DNA from: a virus
Taxonomy: Duplodnaviria; Caudoviricetes
Reading direction: 5' to 3' (one strand)
Length of the DNA stretch: 36,164 nucleotides
Virus record (IMG/VR): IMGVR_UViG_3300005662_000106
Span: 1 to 36,164 of that record
Under the pieces are notes generated by a model. That model was not told where the DNA came from. It searched no databases and worked only from the letters and a program-made list of their open reading frames with translations. The first letter of the stretch is position 1. Each line of letters opens with the position of its first letter. Positions 34,769-36,164 of this stretch are shown here, piece by piece. Position numbers and translations under genes: made by a program.

Positions 34769-35512
34769 ATGAGAATTGCAATTAGTGGAACAGCAAATAT
34801 TGGAAAGACTACTTTGATTGAAGACTTCTTAAAGGAATGGCCAAATTATTCTAAAAATAATTACACATATAGATCTCTCTTAAAGAATCATAGCAAAAGT
34901 ACTGATCAAGATACACAATGGATGATTTTGAATAACATGATCGATGAATTGCAAAAATATAGTAAAGATGATTATGTTATTTTTGATAGATGTCCTTTGG
35001 ATAATTTAATTTATTCACTGTGGGCTAACGGTTATAAGAAAGTAGATGATGCATTTATTTCAAAATGCATTCCGTTAGTAAAAGAAAGTATGCGTCTTTT
35101 GGATATTATTTTCTTTTTGCCTATCTCTAAAATGTCACCAATTCCAATTGTAGATGACGGTAAAAGAGAAACTGATCCGGAATTTATTAGTGAAATTGAT
35201 AATATTTTTAAAGCAATTATTCAACAGTATCAATTAAACTTAAATTCAACACCATTCTTTCCCGCAGACGATTCGCCCGGTGTTATTGAAGTTTTTGGTA
35301 ACAGAGAACAAAGAATTCAATTAATTAAACAATATTTAAATGCAAATGGTGATGTATTTGGTGCTGAACATGATACTCTCTTTTCTGAAGAAAATCTTTT
35401 AGAATTAAAACAACTCCTTGAAGATCAAAAAGATACTCATTATTCAGAGCAATTTAAAAAAGAACAAATTGCTATGTTAAATGAATTGAAGAAAGAAATT
35501 AGTAAGTCTTAA
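34769..35512 (+). CDS. P-loop kinase of the (d)NMP/nucleoside kinase type
   Basis: MRIAISGTANIGKTT, IFDRCPLDNLIYS, DDGKRE; likely start 34769. Confidence 0.75.
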   Translation: MRIAISGTANIGKTTLIEDFLKEWPNYSKNNYTYRSLLKNHSKSTDQDTQWMILNNMIDELQKYSKDDYVIFDRCPLDNLIYSLWANGYKKVDDAFISKCIPLVKESMRLLDIIFFLPISKMSPIPIVDDGKRETDPEFISEIDNIFKAIIQQYQLNLNSTPFFPADDSPGVIEVFGNREQRIQLIKQYLNANGDVFGAEHDTLFSEENLLELKQLLEDQKDTHYSEQFKKEQIAMLNELKKEISKS

Positions 35513-36164
35513 CAACTTTTATAATATAAGTAGGTTTTTCGTCTAATTGATCTGCTGTTATATCAACAGTGTCTTGTGCAACATTGAATGGATTATCTTG
35601 TTGCACGCCTTGACTTGTTGTTGAGTAATTGTCTATTATAAATGAATTCAATGCTTCGTTAAATCCATTCCAATCAATTCCAGTTACTACGCCACTGTTT
35701 GATGTCTGTAACCAATAATTACCAATACCTCCTAAGGTTAATCCTTTACTTCTTAATTTACTTGTTACATCACCTTGTATTGTAGAACTATTTTTTTTGA
35801 ATGGAGCATATACAGAAAATGTCCCCCACCCAGCATCTGTATTCACAATATCTGATATATAACATGGATATAAGCAAGCAGCTTCATTAGCAGGTATAAT
35901 AATAAAATCTTTATCTTCTAAAAATTCTAATTCTTTTGGAGGTATCGGATCAAGATAAGAAGTAGCAGTATGTCCCGAATCAATAGTCAATGTAGAAGAA
36001 CCTATATACACCTGTTTAAAATTATCATAAATTTCTGTCGAAAGTGTATCAATGGTATTAAGTAAATTTTCATTAATGGTTACTACATCACTAGCTATAG
36101 TAGATACAGTTACTGAAAGCGTAGTATTTTCGGGCCCGATGATAAAATTCTCATAATCAATAAT
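35499..36164 (-). CDS. 3' part of a hypothetical, probably structural, protein; start lies beyond the right edge
   Basis: The frame stays open from 36164 (IIDYENFIIGPENTTLS...) through the ORF-track GTG at 36011 to the stop at 35499. Confidence 0.75.
   Translation of the reverse strand: MIDYENFIIGPENTTLSVTVSTIASDVVTINENLLNTIDTLSTEIYDNFKQVYIGSSTLTIDSGHTATSYLDPIPPKELEFLEDKDFIIIPANEAACLYPCYISDIVNTDAGWGTFSVYAPFKKNSSTIQGDVTSKLRSKGLTLGGIGNYWLQTSNSGVVTGIDWNGFNEALNSFIIDNYSTTSQGVQQDNPFNVAQDTVDITADQLDEKPTYIIKVVKTY

Noticed and set aside
1-36164. Stop-codon reassignment
   Set aside because: Core genes are full-length in the standard code, and TAA, TAG and TGA all end genes.
1-36164. tRNA, rRNA or riboswitch (e.g. 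preQ1 riboswitch before que genes)
   Set aside because: Intergenic gaps are mostly under 50 nt and the que genes look leaderless, leaving no room; no cloverleaf was seen.

Overview
AT-rich, gene-dense segment of a large T4-superfamily (myovirus-like) phage genome. The minus strand carries the T4-type replication, recombination and late-transcription core: gp61 primase, gp45 clamp, gp32 SSB, gp41 helicase, UvsX, gp43 PolB, gp46/47, gp55 late sigma, UvsW and UvsY. Scattered through it is a complete preQ0 (7-deazaguanine) pathway (folE, queD, queE, queC). It comes with a stand-alone Ntn glutamine amidotransferase coupled to a GT-A glycosyltransferase, a GT-B glycosyltransferase beside the polymerase, a Nudix hydrolase plus P-loop kinase behind queE, and an EndoII-like GIY-YIG nuclease. 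No dpdA/tgt transglycosylase is visible in the window. Together these suggest a variant, possibly glycosylated or nucleotide-level, DNA hypermodification system. Late genes on both strands are interleaved: a fibre with 14-aa Trp repeats, a lectin-like protein, three tail-collar paralogues, PhoH and several candidate internal head proteins. The regulatory layout is unusual. Many genes have a TAAATA late box or a sigma70 -10 box only 5-7 nt before the start codon, implying leaderless mRNAs. Many early/middle genes also have an inverted repeat over the -10 box and start codon, which would hide the AUG in read-through transcripts. All family calls come from motif recognition by eye; no database searches were run.
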